This document shows positions 26,919-37,089 of a stretch of DNA of 64,000 bases, in pieces. The notes beneath the pieces are model-generated. The model was given only the letters and a program-made list of their open reading frames with translations. It ran no database searches and was not told the DNA's origin. The DNA is from an uncultured Nitrososphaerota archaeon (GTDB lineage: Archaea > Asgardarchaeota > Njordarchaeia > Njordarchaeales > Panguiarchaeaceae), in NCBI GenBank assembly GCA_964636085.1, contig CAZWPQ010000001.1, positions 73,427-137,426 of the forward strand, written 5' to 3'. The translations under genes and the position numbers were made by a program. Position 1 is the first letter of the stretch, and the number at the start of each line of letters is the position of its first letter.

Positions 26919-27531
26919 AACTATTATTGGTTACAATCTGGAATGATACTCCATTCATAAATAACAACCTATAGACACTCCTAGCTAGGATCCTGGCTAC
27001 CCTAATGGGTTCTATATATCTACCATGTATAGCATACAGGTTTAATATCTCCACAGCGTTACCTAGAGATATGCCGACAGGCCTCACATACACCAAGTAT
27101 TCATTCCTTAACTTTACAAGGACTCTTGGTCCATTCTTCTTGTATATATTTATCCTCACCTCCGCATCGGGAAGTTCTGCCAAATACTTCTCGAGACCCT
27201 CAGAATATTCATATGTTACTGCAATCACTGGAATTCCACATCTCTCATATACCCTATTCAGGTCCACAACATTATACATCGATATAACTGTGCCCGACAA
27301 TATTATTGTCCTAATATCTTTTCTCTCAAGCTTTTTATACAGCCCTATTATCGCTTCAGTTGCATCTAGACCCCCAACTGTGCATAATCCAAATGAGAAA
27401 CCATCTATCTGTAAATCGGCCCTCATTACCACCCCAGCCAATACTGATCGCCTAATATGCGATTTTTTATTGAATGATTCAGCTATACCAAGCACTCTTA
27501 GACCCTTCTTTGGGGGGATATACTTTGGCAT
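26911..27531 (-). CDS. DUF99/UPF0215 endonuclease V-like protein
   Basis: RVLGIAESF, VGGLDAT..I, NVVD, EPIRVAR. Confidence 0.9.
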   Translation of the reverse strand: MPKYIPPKKGLRVLGIAESFNKKSHIRRSVLAGVVMRADLQIDGFSFGLCTVGGLDATEAIIGLYKKLERKDIRTIILSGTVISMYNVVDLNRVYERCGIPVIAVTYEYSEGLEKYLAELPDAEVRINIYKKNGPRVLVKLRNEYLVYVRPVGISLGNAVEILNLYAIHGRYIEPIRVARILARSVYRLLFMNGVSFQIVTNNSFG

Positions 27532-27542
27532 TGTTCACAGCT

Positions 27543-28499
27543 TTATTGTTCCAGCACTACCATCCTTAGCGTCTGGGGTTGAAATTCCAAATACTTGTGC
27601 CTTCCAGTAATATAGTTCTTTACAAGCACTTTTATGTAGATGATTACCCTGCCATTAACATTTTCTAATGAAAGCAATGAATTCAGAACAATCGCTATAG
27701 ATACATTCTTCTCGCCGTAGAATGGATATGCTATCTCCCACACGCCATATCCTACTACGCCCCCATCAATCGTAACGTTTATCTCTACTCTTTTTACTGA
27801 CTCGTAGGGAGAACATCTTGAAACCACGCTCAAGTTAACTATCATGTAGGTTTTATCGTCTATAACCCCACTATTTATGGGTTTGATTATCTCCACGTAT
27901 ATATTACTGGGGTCTCCCCTACTTCGGATCATTATTACCAAAAATGAACAAACTAATATTAACACAACCAGAACTCTAATGTTGATAGCCCTCAGATGTG
28001 TTGACAATGGATATACTCTTCTCTCTTTCTCACTACTCATACTCCAATATATCATAAATGTCAGGATAACAATCAATATGAACATTAGCCGGGCGCCGGG
28101 CTCATCTAGAGATAAGAAAAAGTATCCTAGATATGGAACTCTGCCAACAAGTTTACCTAGAACATAATCCTCTGGCACCCATACCCATCGATCTATATTT
28201 GGATTATTGTCCCCCTTTGTAACGAAATATAATTTACCATCCTTCTCCTCTATATAAGCAACCCTATGCAGAATTAATTTATTACCGGGGGGAGGCTCCT
28301 TGAATACAATAACATCGCCTATGGATATTTGTGATGGAGGCACTTTTTTGATGATGACGATATCGCCCTTGCAATAAGTTGGTTCCATCGACTCCGATTC
28401 TACATATGATATTATATATAGACACCTCATATATAGAAAAATCCCAATAAGCGCAATACATATAATAACTATGGCCACATTTTTGTTTGTATTCTCCAT
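27543..28499 (-). CDS. signal peptidase I (Sec11-type) with extra TMs and C-terminal domain
   Basis: SESMEPT..GD, ILHRV, TKGDNN..D. Confidence 0.92.
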   Translation of the reverse strand: MENTNKNVAIVIICIALIGIFLYMRCLYIISYVESESMEPTYCKGDIVIIKKVPPSQISIGDVIVFKEPPPGNKLILHRVAYIEEKDGKLYFVTKGDNNPNIDRWVWVPEDYVLGKLVGRVPYLGYFFLSLDEPGARLMFILIVILTFMIYWSMSSEKERRVYPLSTHLRAINIRVLVVLILVCSFLVIMIRSRGDPSNIYVEIIKPINSGVIDDKTYMIVNLSVVSRCSPYESVKRVEINVTIDGGVVGYGVWEIAYPFYGEKNVSIAIVLNSLLSLENVNGRVIIYIKVLVKNYITGRHKYLEFQPQTLRMVVLEQ

Positions 28500-28550
28500 A
28501 TTCCCAGCCCCTAATACCTAAAAATATATCTATAAATTCACTAATGAATA

Positions 28551-29063
28551 TTGTTGACAAAAAAGGGGATAACCATGCATGCCAAAAAGCTACTTTATGC
28601 CAACACATTTTGTGCATATCGCGATAAGTACATGGGACGTATCATTTGTCGGCATAAATACAGTTATGGAGTATGTGACCTAGACCTATGCCCAATAGTC
28701 AACGATTATTATGCTAATGTTGTGTTCCAAGAGGAAGGCATAGTATTGGTTGTAAAACGCCCCTCGGGGGATAGTGTGGCTGGGATGTGGGAGCGATATA
28801 ACATCGAAATATCTCCAGAACTCGACAACGAGGATGATATCATAAAGTTCTGTATGGAGAAGACAAACGGTGTCCCAGAGATAATACGTAAGAAACTTCA
28901 GGAGAAAATACATGCACTATTCGAACGATGGAGATTTCTCAAATCTCGCGGTAAGAAGATTGGGGCGATAGAAACTGAAAAGAAAGTTGCTGAGGAAGAA
29001 ATAACTATAGGCGAGGAACTCTTAGAGGAAATCAAAGAGGTCGAAAAAGAAATCGAGAGTTAA
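28551..29063 (+). CDS. Mak16/eL28-family protein
   Basis: 'FCAYR...ICRHKYSYGVCDLDLCPIVNDYYANV...LVVKRP...MWER' parallels Mak16 'FCS.R...FCRNEYNVTGLC...SCPLANS.YATV...LYMKT...LWER'; acidic C-terminus. Confidence 0.85.
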   Translation: MLTKKGITMHAKKLLYANTFCAYRDKYMGRIICRHKYSYGVCDLDLCPIVNDYYANVVFQEEGIVLVVKRPSGDSVAGMWERYNIEISPELDNEDDIIKFCMEKTNGVPEIIRKKLQEKIHALFERWRFLKSRGKKIGAIETEKKVAEEEITIGEELLEEIKEVEKEIES

Positions 29064-29088
29064 CATAAATACTTCTCCTCTATAATAG

Positions 29089-29161
29089 TGGAGGGGGCGG
29101 GATTCGAACCCGCGGCCTCTGCCCTGCGAAGGCAGCGCTCTACCAACTGAGCTACCCCTCC
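29089..29161 (-). tRNA. tRNA-Ala(CGC), acceptor stem with A3:U70
   Basis: GGAGGGG-TA-GCTC..GAGC-G-CTGCC-TTCGCAG-GGCAG-AGGCC-GCGGG-TTCGAAT-CCCGC-CCCCTCC-A. Confidence 0.93.
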
Positions 29162-29211
29162 TAATTCTACAATCCCCCAATATATCCTATCCTATTTTTT
29201 TAGTTTTTTAA

Positions 29212-30462
29212 GTGTTTTTGTGGTGTGGTAAAATGCTTAGTAATATCGCCAGATATATGATTGATCATCCCAGCAGTATTAGAGAGATAATGGAACTTGT
29301 TGCTCAGTTTGAAAAACACCCAGAAAAGTTTCCCCGACCATTGATATACCTGGCAGGTGGCTGGCCCCAAGATCCCCCACCACGTATACTACGGGAAAAA
29401 TTTCTTGAAGTCATAAAAGATGACGAGTTGTGGAAAAAAGCTGCAAGATATAGCCCAACAATAGGTTTTCCAGATCTCCTTGAGCTCATTCCTACTTACG
29501 AAAAAGAGATATTCGGTAGAGGAGGAATACCTCCCGATTCCATAGTAGTTGGCTTGGGCTCCACTGAGCAGACAGCAGCTTTATTTAAAATGCTGTTGAA
29601 TCCTGGCGATGAAATAATCATGACGACGCCTGGGTATCTAAATTATAGGAGACAAATAGAACTTGAGCTAGATTTGAAAGCCAGAATTAAGTTTTGGGAG
29701 ATTGTAAAAGATGGATCCTTTTCTCCTTCCCTTCAGGAACTTACAGACATGATTTCAAACAAGACTAGAGCCATACTTATAGGAACCCCGGGCAATCCAG
29801 ATGGGCAAGTATGGGGTGATAATATACTTAGGGGGCTTCACGATTTAGCGATGGATCATGACTTTTATATATTGCTAGATGTTGCATACAGAGCCTTCAT
29901 TTTTGAGGATCTACCTAGAGCATTCCAGAGACCTCCACGTGAACGCGAGATATGGATATGTTCATTTAGCAAGGAGTTTAGGGCCCCAGGATGGAGAATA
30001 AGCTACGTAATTTTACCACCAGAATTCCGTAGGCCCCTGAACACTATTGAGCAGGCCCGCATACTTGCACCTGTAAGCCCTGTTCAAATGACTCTTATTA
30101 GATTATTTTCGGATAAAAAAGCGTTAAGCGAACTCAAAAAGTTTTATGATGATGGGAGAAAGAAATATAAAGCCATGGCCGAATACACAGTTGACTCTCT
30201 AAAGCATATAGAAAAAATCAAGGTACTAGAGCCAAGAGGAGGCTTCTATGTGTTCTTCAATATCGAGGAAATTTGCCGTGACGATAAGAAAATATGGCGC
30301 GAACTTATCGATAAAAAACAGCTTGCACTTGCCCCAGGTAGCGATTTCAATAATGCTAAGGGATGGCTAAGATTATCCTTCGCACCCGTTGTAGAGACAC
30401 CCGAAAAACTCAGAGAGGGATTAGAGAGACTAAAGGAATACTTTAGTGAAATTCCATCATGA
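29212..30462 (+). CDS. PLP-dependent aminotransferase class I/II
   Basis: YSPTIG...L, PGNPDG, DVAY, SFSKEF..PGWRISY, PRGGFYVF, PGSDF, WLRLSFA. Confidence 0.93.
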   Translation: MFLWCGKMLSNIARYMIDHPSSIREIMELVAQFEKHPEKFPRPLIYLAGGWPQDPPPRILREKFLEVIKDDELWKKAARYSPTIGFPDLLELIPTYEKEIFGRGGIPPDSIVVGLGSTEQTAALFKMLLNPGDEIIMTTPGYLNYRRQIELELDLKARIKFWEIVKDGSFSPSLQELTDMISNKTRAILIGTPGNPDGQVWGDNILRGLHDLAMDHDFYILLDVAYRAFIFEDLPRAFQRPPREREIWICSFSKEFRAPGWRISYVILPPEFRRPLNTIEQARILAPVSPVQMTLIRLFSDKKALSELKKFYDDGRKKYKAMAEYTVDSLKHIEKIKVLEPRGGFYVFFNIEEICRDDKKIWRELIDKKQLALAPGSDFNNAKGWLRLSFAPVVETPEKLREGLERLKEYFSEIPS

Positions 30463-31383
30463 TAATACTTTATTTATGAACCAATCTGGATCAAAAGCTA
30501 CAAGATCCTCATACCCCTGCCCAATCCCTACATAGCTTATGGGTTTTTTTGTTACATAGCATAAGGTAATTGCTGCTCCTCCCTTCACATCAGCATCTAC
30601 TTTAGTTAGGATACTACAGTCAACACCCACCTCTGAACTAAACGTTCTGGCTTGAACCACCAAGTCGTTTCCCATCAACGCATCAACAACCAGACATTTT
30701 ATATCTGGCTTAGCAACTCTTACAATCTTCTTCATCTCCCCTATCAGGTCCATATCTGTCCCTAGACGCCCCGCGGTATCTATCAACACAACATCTTTCT
30801 TTCTTGACGACGCGTGTTCTATAGCATCGAAACCAACAGAGGCAGGGTCTGCTCCATATTGTCGCTTTATCATATATACCTTCAATTTCTGTGAATGCTT
30901 GTATAATTGCTCAATGGCACCAGCTCTAAATGTATCAGAACATGCCAATACTACCGTGAGAGAATTTTTCTTCATTTTGTATGCCAACTTCGCTATACTA
31001 GTTGTCTTTCCACACCCATTAGGGCCAAGAAAAACAACAGTAAATGGTTTCCACCGACCATACTTGTTATTCAAATTTTCCTCTTTTCTTTTAAGTGCTA
31101 GCTCTACTAGGTCTACCCGTGGTATGTTCAATATTGATCTTAGTTCCTCCCTAATAGCAAGTCTTATTATCTCTCTTATATCACTAAAACGCTTAACGAT
31201 TTGTCCAGCTAGCCTACTAGAAATGTTTTTTGTTATCTCTCTTGCAACATCCACAGCGATATCCGACTCTATTAGATCAAGTTCAAATTCAAACAACACA
31301 TTCCTTAAATTCTTCTCTGTTAATTCCTTATAGACAACTTTATCAATAAATTTTTTAATAGCCTTCTTTAGTGACTCAAACAA
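30457..31383 (-). CDS. ftsY: SRP receptor GTPase FtsY
   Basis: GPNGCGKTT, DTFRAGAIEQL, DTAGR, TKVDADVKGG, GQGYEDL. Confidence 0.97.
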   Translation of the reverse strand: MFESLKKAIKKFIDKVVYKELTEKNLRNVLFEFELDLIESDIAVDVAREITKNISSRLAGQIVKRFSDIREIIRLAIREELRSILNIPRVDLVELALKRKEENLNNKYGRWKPFTVVFLGPNGCGKTTSIAKLAYKMKKNSLTVVLACSDTFRAGAIEQLYKHSQKLKVYMIKRQYGADPASVGFDAIEHASSRKKDVVLIDTAGRLGTDMDLIGEMKKIVRVAKPDIKCLVVDALMGNDLVVQARTFSSEVGVDCSILTKVDADVKGGAAITLCYVTKKPISYVGIGQGYEDLVAFDPDWFINKVLS

Positions 31384-31488
31384 CTCGTGCGCACCCCTCT
31401 TATGGATAAGCTTAAATCAATTTTTAAACTATATACTCTTTTAGATGATTATTAAAATAGTGATCTATGAGATCATCCTGGTGGTTTT

Positions 31489-33492
31489 TTGACAATATTG
31501 GGCCTAGACGTATTACCAGACCGACAAAATTTTTACGCTGTCATACTGGATGAAACTACGGGAGATATTCATTACAGGAACACAGTAAAGCGAGAAGACA
31601 TCATACTTTTAATAAAGAAATACAATGTCAAAATTGTAGCCATGGATAACATATTTGAGCTCTACGAAACTTCTGCCGACATCATGAACTTCATAGATAA
31701 AACTGGTGTTACTCTAGTTCAGGTTACCGGTGCACCGTTTAGACAACACCGCCTTGCTTCTTTAGCAAAGAAACATGGTTTATTCAGGGGCGGGAAACTC
31801 CCCCCAGAGAAAGCCGCAGAAATCGCCGCTAGACTTGCTATGAGGAGCGAGGGCGCCCAAGTTATAGCCCTAAGGGACGCTACCCTCATAACTGTATCCC
31901 GCTCTAGACACTTCGGACAAGTTGGAGGAAGCCATCAAAGGCAATACCTACGATCAGCTGAGGCCCGAATTAGAGAGATTGTAAAGGAAATTTTGGATTC
32001 TCTAAATAAACAGGGAATACTGTATGACACTCTAATAAGAGAGGGAGAAGGAGGATATAAATCGGCCAGAATAATTATATACGAATCCTACGACACTATC
32101 AGGAACATAATCAGGGACTATGAAACTGATTGGTACCAAGTTAAAGTGGAGCCGATACGGCATAGTAGACTCATATTTGTTCTTCCAGGCGAGGGACACT
32201 CACCATTCCACTACGGACATTATATAATCGTGGGTGTTGATCCCGGTGAAACAACTGGATTGGCATTAATCGACTTAAATGGTAATGTGCTATATGTTGG
32301 AAGCCGTCGGGGGATAGGTTTTTTTGAGCTCATAGACAAAATTTACGAACATGGAAAACCCCTCATAATATCAACTGATGTTCCTAAGATCCCACACTTC
32401 GTCAATCTTCTTTCACAGAAATCTGGTGCGATAATTTTTAGGCCAAAAAAAACTTTGTCTATATTCAAGAAGAATGAAATAATAAAGAATTTAGGTATCA
32501 GAGTTCATGACTCCCATCAAAGAGACGCACTAGTAGCTGCATTTCTTGCATACAAGCACTATGAAAAGAAATTCTCAAAAATTGATTCAATCTTAAAATA
32601 CATTCCAATAGTTGATCCAGAAAAAGTAAAAGTCGACGTGGTTTTTCGGAATCTCGATATTAGAACGGCCATACTATCCCAACTATCGGAGCTCCTCTCA
32701 GAAAGAAACAAAGAAAAAAGCGACTATATTAGCCACAGAGAGGTACAGCTACTTAGAGAAAATCAACAATTAAGAAAGAAATATGTGGAACTTAGAAAAA
32801 AAGTTGCCCAAATGAGAGAAACTATACATGAGCTTAGGGAGTCCTTAAGACAGAAAGAAAGAGAAATTATCCGCTTAAAAAGTGAGATAAGAACCTTATC
32901 AAGTGCGAAAAAGGCGGAAACTATAGATATCCTTAGAGAGAAAGATCACATAGTTGCCAAATTGCTAGACGAAAATAGAACACTTACGAACATCGTTACC
33001 AAGTTAGAATCTAAGATTAAATACCTTGAAAATAAGCATGAGGTCCTTAGAAGAATTGCCCAGAGAAACCCTAGCGAGATTGTTGTTAAGAAAATAGAAA
33101 AACTTTCCTACTCGTCATTGATTACTTGGAAGAACGAATATGGCTTATCAAAATATGACTTCATTCTTACAAAAAACATTACTTGGAGTGAAAAACTAAT
33201 TAATCTTCTAAGCACCAACGCAGCTGGTATCATTATCTATGGAGACGAAAAAATACCTGAGGAAATAAGACAAAAACTTGCTGAGGTAGGCATCGTTGTT
33301 TTAAAATATGATGATGTCTCAGATATCATAGACACCAAACTCATAGTACAGACCGTACAACTGAGGAAGCTGAGAAAGAGAATACGGGGAGTTATCCTTG
33401 AGTATACGGACAAACTAGAAAAAGCATACGAAGAATTTATGGAAGTTTTGGAAGAGTATAGAAGGAAAAGGATCGTAGAGCTCATGGATTAG
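31489..33492 (+). CDS. DUF460 protein (RNase H-like domains plus coiled coil)
   Basis: ILGLD, VAMDNIFEL, IVGVDPGETTGLA.IDL.G, HQRDALVAA. Confidence 0.9.
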   Translation: MTILGLDVLPDRQNFYAVILDETTGDIHYRNTVKREDIILLIKKYNVKIVAMDNIFELYETSADIMNFIDKTGVTLVQVTGAPFRQHRLASLAKKHGLFRGGKLPPEKAAEIAARLAMRSEGAQVIALRDATLITVSRSRHFGQVGGSHQRQYLRSAEARIREIVKEILDSLNKQGILYDTLIREGEGGYKSARIIIYESYDTIRNIIRDYETDWYQVKVEPIRHSRLIFVLPGEGHSPFHYGHYIIVGVDPGETTGLALIDLNGNVLYVGSRRGIGFFELIDKIYEHGKPLIISTDVPKIPHFVNLLSQKSGAIIFRPKKTLSIFKKNEIIKNLGIRVHDSHQRDALVAAFLAYKHYEKKFSKIDSILKYIPIVDPEKVKVDVVFRNLDIRTAILSQLSELLSERNKEKSDYISHREVQLLRENQQLRKKYVELRKKVAQMRETIHELRESLRQKEREIIRLKSEIRTLSSAKKAETIDILREKDHIVAKLLDENRTLTNIVTKLESKIKYLENKHEVLRRIAQRNPSEIVVKKIEKLSYSSLITWKNEYGLSKYDFILTKNITWSEKLINLLSTNAAGIIIYGDEKIPEEIRQKLAEVGIVVLKYDDVSDIIDTKLIVQTVQLRKLRKRIRGVILEYTDKLEKAYEEFMEVLEEYRRKRIVELMD

Positions 33493-34896
33493 TCATTTCT
33501 TCGGGAGTTTAACATATCTTCTATATAACCTTATACACAACGATATACCAATCACTACTATTATGATCGTCGCAACTAATTTCCAAACCCATTCAGGTAT
33601 TTCTTTTTCTTTCTTCTTTGGTACAATTATCTTATAAATATACATTTTCGATTTATAATCACCAAATTCTGAGCGGACAGTTGCATTAAGAACGAGCCAC
33701 CTAGCCGTCGAGTTTATCTTGGGTAATTCACACATAAACTTGTCAGTAGGAACATCAATTGGTTCTGCACAATATGTTATTGTATCATTATTTTCATCCC
33801 TCAGTTCGTAGTATAGCTTTATTTCCGATATATTCCCAAAGCCATATCCAAGTATAACATACACATCACACGTTTTATTAACCTGGGGTTCGTCGGGGAT
33901 AATATCAAGTACCGGGTATTTTGGTATACTCAAGAACCCCTCTTTTAGGTACATGCTAACATAAATTTTAAGTTCGTCCAGATTTTCTAGTCCATAGTGT
34001 TTCCACCAGATGACTCCTTGGTCGTCAATAATTACTACAAGGGGCAAAAACGTGTTGTTGATAGTTGTAAACTCATACAATGTTCCATTGGACGATCTAT
34101 TATATATGTATGTAACATTATCATTCACAATCATTATGTTTGTATTTTCTTGTTCGTTACTATTGTTGTATGTATTCGAGATATCCACGATTAACGAAAA
34201 TATGGATTCAGCATCTATCTCTATTATGCTATTAAGCATTTCCTCGATGCCCAGTACATCGTTCATATATGACAGATTCGCATAGACAATCAAGTATAGC
34301 CGATACCCCTCATCTAAGACATTGATGTCCCCATCGCCATTCGAAATATTTAGACATGGTATCACGCCATAGAACGATTTCGGATATTTTGATCCATATT
34401 CATCATATATATAATCCTCAGCATTTACCGGAACTATGAGTCCCGAGTAGTTTTCCAGCTTCTTCTCAAGCCTCGATAAGAAGACCCTATGGAGGGGGTA
34501 ATATGTTAGATTAATAGATTCACTCTCATTCGCCATAATGGAATCCATATACTCTAAATAGTCACTAATAGTACTTACGTTTACCTGTTCTATATCCTCA
34601 ACGTTTATACTGCCATTGTATATTAGGTAAAACAGCTCGTCCATTGTCGATACATTTATATAGGTGCCGTTTTTCAGAATTATCCTTCCAAATGGCATAA
34701 TGGAGACATTTGTAACATTTGTAGCATTATCGTCGTTATCCATTATTATTATTCTAAATGATAGGTATATGGCCTCATTAGAGCTGGTATCCACATCTAC
34801 ACTACCTAACGTCCTATGTATAGTGAATGCCAATACTGGGTATGATATAAGCATCAGACATATAAACAAAGGAATTAGATGTCGCATTACTATCAC
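33493..34896 (-). CDS. type I membrane glycoprotein with thioredoxin-like segment
   Basis: Signal peptide, about 20 N-X-S/T sequons, 'PLVVIIDDQGVIWWKHYG', C-terminal TM and basic tail. Confidence 0.7.
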   Translation of the reverse strand: MIVMRHLIPLFICLMLISYPVLAFTIHRTLGSVDVDTSSNEAIYLSFRIIIMDNDDNATNVTNVSIMPFGRIILKNGTYINVSTMDELFYLIYNGSINVEDIEQVNVSTISDYLEYMDSIMANESESINLTYYPLHRVFLSRLEKKLENYSGLIVPVNAEDYIYDEYGSKYPKSFYGVIPCLNISNGDGDINVLDEGYRLYLIVYANLSYMNDVLGIEEMLNSIIEIDAESIFSLIVDISNTYNNSNEQENTNIMIVNDNVTYIYNRSSNGTLYEFTTINNTFLPLVVIIDDQGVIWWKHYGLENLDELKIYVSMYLKEGFLSIPKYPVLDIIPDEPQVNKTCDVYVILGYGFGNISEIKLYYELRDENNDTITYCAEPIDVPTDKFMCELPKINSTARWLVLNATVRSEFGDYKSKMYIYKIIVPKKKEKEIPEWVWKLVATIIIVVIGISLCIRLYRRYVKLPKK

Positions 34897-34975
34897 TTCC
34901 CAGTACCAATATATTCTGGCTTAAAAATTTCTATAAAATCAAACATTGAAAAAGACCCTTATACATCCCCCTTAT

Positions 34976-35692
34976 TTATTTGATCAGTATTCTCTCTATC
35001 CTCTGAACTAGGTCTGGTGGAGGACTACGATCCAATAGCCAATATATCGAGGACACTAAAAATAGCGCATTATCCGATTCCCCTATTAGATCCTCCGTTG
35101 CTATCTCCCATGTGGATATAGCCATGACCCTACCATTACCAAATTTTGCCACACAAGACAAAATAGCATCTGGGGGCTGTTGATTTTTTTCACTCCTGAC
35201 AAGTATGTCAATGGGATAGGCCTTCTTTTGTGCTAGTATGAATCTAACAGCATTTCTAAATACCAATTCACTTATGCCTATCGTGATTCTATGATTCCTG
35301 TTTATGTTCTTCGTAGCAAACTCTAGCTTTCCATTCTCACGTATAATTGTGGGGTCTGGATATATTCCAATATCTTTGAGAAGACTATATGTGGAGTCAA
35401 AAAATGGTACACTATCACTATCGACCATTACGAGAAGCCTGTGGCCAGCATGAACGTGTTTTGTTATTATGTTTATTTCATCAGAAGAATACCTATCATA
35501 TTTCTTTCCTGCAATTATAAGAAGCCTACCTTTAGACAACTCATCAGAGGATATCCTTGATATGTAATGTACCTTAAACTCCAGCCACTCCAAGAACCCA
35601 CCAAAAAACTCAATCCTACCAGCGATCTCTGGCGAAGTATCCATGAGTATAGCTTCCAAATTATCCACCAAGATACCTATATTCAAAAACAT
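34976..35692 (-). CDS. GldG/IFT52 (GIFT)-like domain protein
   Basis: LLIIAG....YSSDEI..I..HV..G.RLLV, FGNGRVMAIS, DNALFLVSSIYWL. Confidence 0.65.
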   Translation of the reverse strand: MFLNIGILVDNLEAILMDTSPEIAGRIEFFGGFLEWLEFKVHYISRISSDELSKGRLLIIAGKKYDRYSSDEINIITKHVHAGHRLLVMVDSDSVPFFDSTYSLLKDIGIYPDPTIIRENGKLEFATKNINRNHRITIGISELVFRNAVRFILAQKKAYPIDILVRSEKNQQPPDAILSCVAKFGNGRVMAISTWEIATEDLIGESDNALFLVSSIYWLLDRSPPPDLVQRIERILIK

Positions 35693-35759
35693 TTTAACTA
35701 AAGATACAATTCTTATGTAATGAATAATATTGTAGTTAAAATATTGTTTGGTTACTTAG

Positions 35760-36251
35760 GTGACATCTATAATGGTCTTCCCTGGAGTAGAACAAAGATG
35801 GTGGAGAGTAGTCTTTGATTTCGGCGAAATCGGTAATTTTGTAGGAGTATTGGGTCTTATGTATGAGTCACTTACACCAACTATAGAACGATCCTCCATT
35901 GTAAGGAAAATCTTGGCATCTCTCCCAATATGTACAGAGAGTGTAGTTTTCGATGAGATAGAGTTGCTGATAAAACTACCTCTCCGTTTTAAACAAAAAA
36001 TTTTTAAGCGCGATCACACAATAAAGCGAGGAGAAATAATATACAGGCCCCACATACCATCAATATCAATCTTCACAGATACGTCTGAGATCTATGAGCC
36101 CGTAGAAAAGATTGGCCTTATAAGAAAGGACGATATACCCAAATTCATGGAGATTGTAAACAAAATTAACAATAAGGCTAGCATCTATGTTGAGATAAGA
36201 AAATATGAGCCCAAAGTTGAGGCCGAAGAGACAGAAGAAGAGGCAATATGA
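35760..36251 (+). CDS. cyclophilin-like fold protein (DUF369/TM1367-like)
   Basis: ILASLPI, RGEIIYRP....ISIF, PVEKIG. Confidence 0.6.
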   Translation: MTSIMVFPGVEQRWWRVVFDFGEIGNFVGVLGLMYESLTPTIERSSIVRKILASLPICTESVVFDEIELLIKLPLRFKQKIFKRDHTIKRGEIIYRPHIPSISIFTDTSEIYEPVEKIGLIRKDDIPKFMEIVNKINNKASIYVEIRKYEPKVEAEETEEEAI

Positions 36252-36559
36252 TAGGCCAGTTAAAACGCATTGGAATGTTCTTACACAGATCAAACTTAGC
36301 AAGCAATATACTCATCATTAAGCTCGATACAAGAGTACCTATAGGTACTGTGGTCTTTGATGAAAAAATGCGGGAAATAGGAAAAATCATAGAGATTTTT
36401 GGACCAACAATTTCTCCATACGCGCGTGTATTGGTCAAAGACCCATCTATCACGTTTATTGATGACATTAAAGGCCACAGTTGCTTCACCATCGTTGGGG
36501 AGGGGGAGAGAGTAAAATGGAGAAAAATGCCCCGTCCGAGAAAAGGAAAAGTAGAGTGA
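36248..36559 (+). CDS. gar1: H/ACA RNP subunit Gar1
   Basis: IG..VFDEKMREIGKIIEIFGPTISPY. Confidence 0.88.
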   Translation: MIGQLKRIGMFLHRSNLASNILIIKLDTRVPIGTVVFDEKMREIGKIIEIFGPTISPYARVLVKDPSITFIDDIKGHSCFTIVGEGERVKWRKMPRPRKGKVE

Positions 36560-37089
36560 TGTGTCCAGAGCTAGTTATTACCTCCTCTCTTAAGGTACCT
36601 CCCTCAACTAGAAGATTTATGAGGACCCTCTCGGCTGTTACTGGGGCTCCTATAATCCACAGAGGGAAGTCTAATCTTGACGAAATTGCTTACTATGTAA
36701 AGAGAGCAAAATTTAAGTCATTTGTTGTGGTTTTCTCCAAGAAGTCTGGACCATCCATATTGACTTTTTATAGACTTACAACCCTTGGATATTTCGCTAA
36801 ATATGGTTCTTTATTTCTCAGCACTGTTAATCTCGTACGCCGACATAGGTCATATATTGGATTCGAAGCTATACTCAAGGGAAAAAATGCATTATCTACC
36901 CAAATCTGGAATTTTTTTATAGATCTTTTTGGAGATGATTTGTGTCATAAATATGTCGGCCCGATCTCTCGTGCAATTATAAAAGATCTGAACGAGCAAT
37001 CGGTGATAGAGTTTTGGGGAAAACAGGACATAATACTGAGCATGTCCATAAGAAAAATATCTCGCCAGAAGTATTCCATGGAAAAATAG
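36559..37089 (+). CDS. Brix-domain (Imp4-like) ribosome biogenesis protein
   Basis: ITSS......TRRFMRTL.......IHRGKSNL, GPS.L.F; context with pcc1/pfdB. Confidence 0.75.
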   Translation: MCPELVITSSLKVPPSTRRFMRTLSAVTGAPIIHRGKSNLDEIAYYVKRAKFKSFVVVFSKKSGPSILTFYRLTTLGYFAKYGSLFLSTVNLVRRHRSYIGFEAILKGKNALSTQIWNFFIDLFGDDLCHKYVGPISRAIIKDLNEQSVIEFWGKQDIILSMSIRKISRQKYSMEK

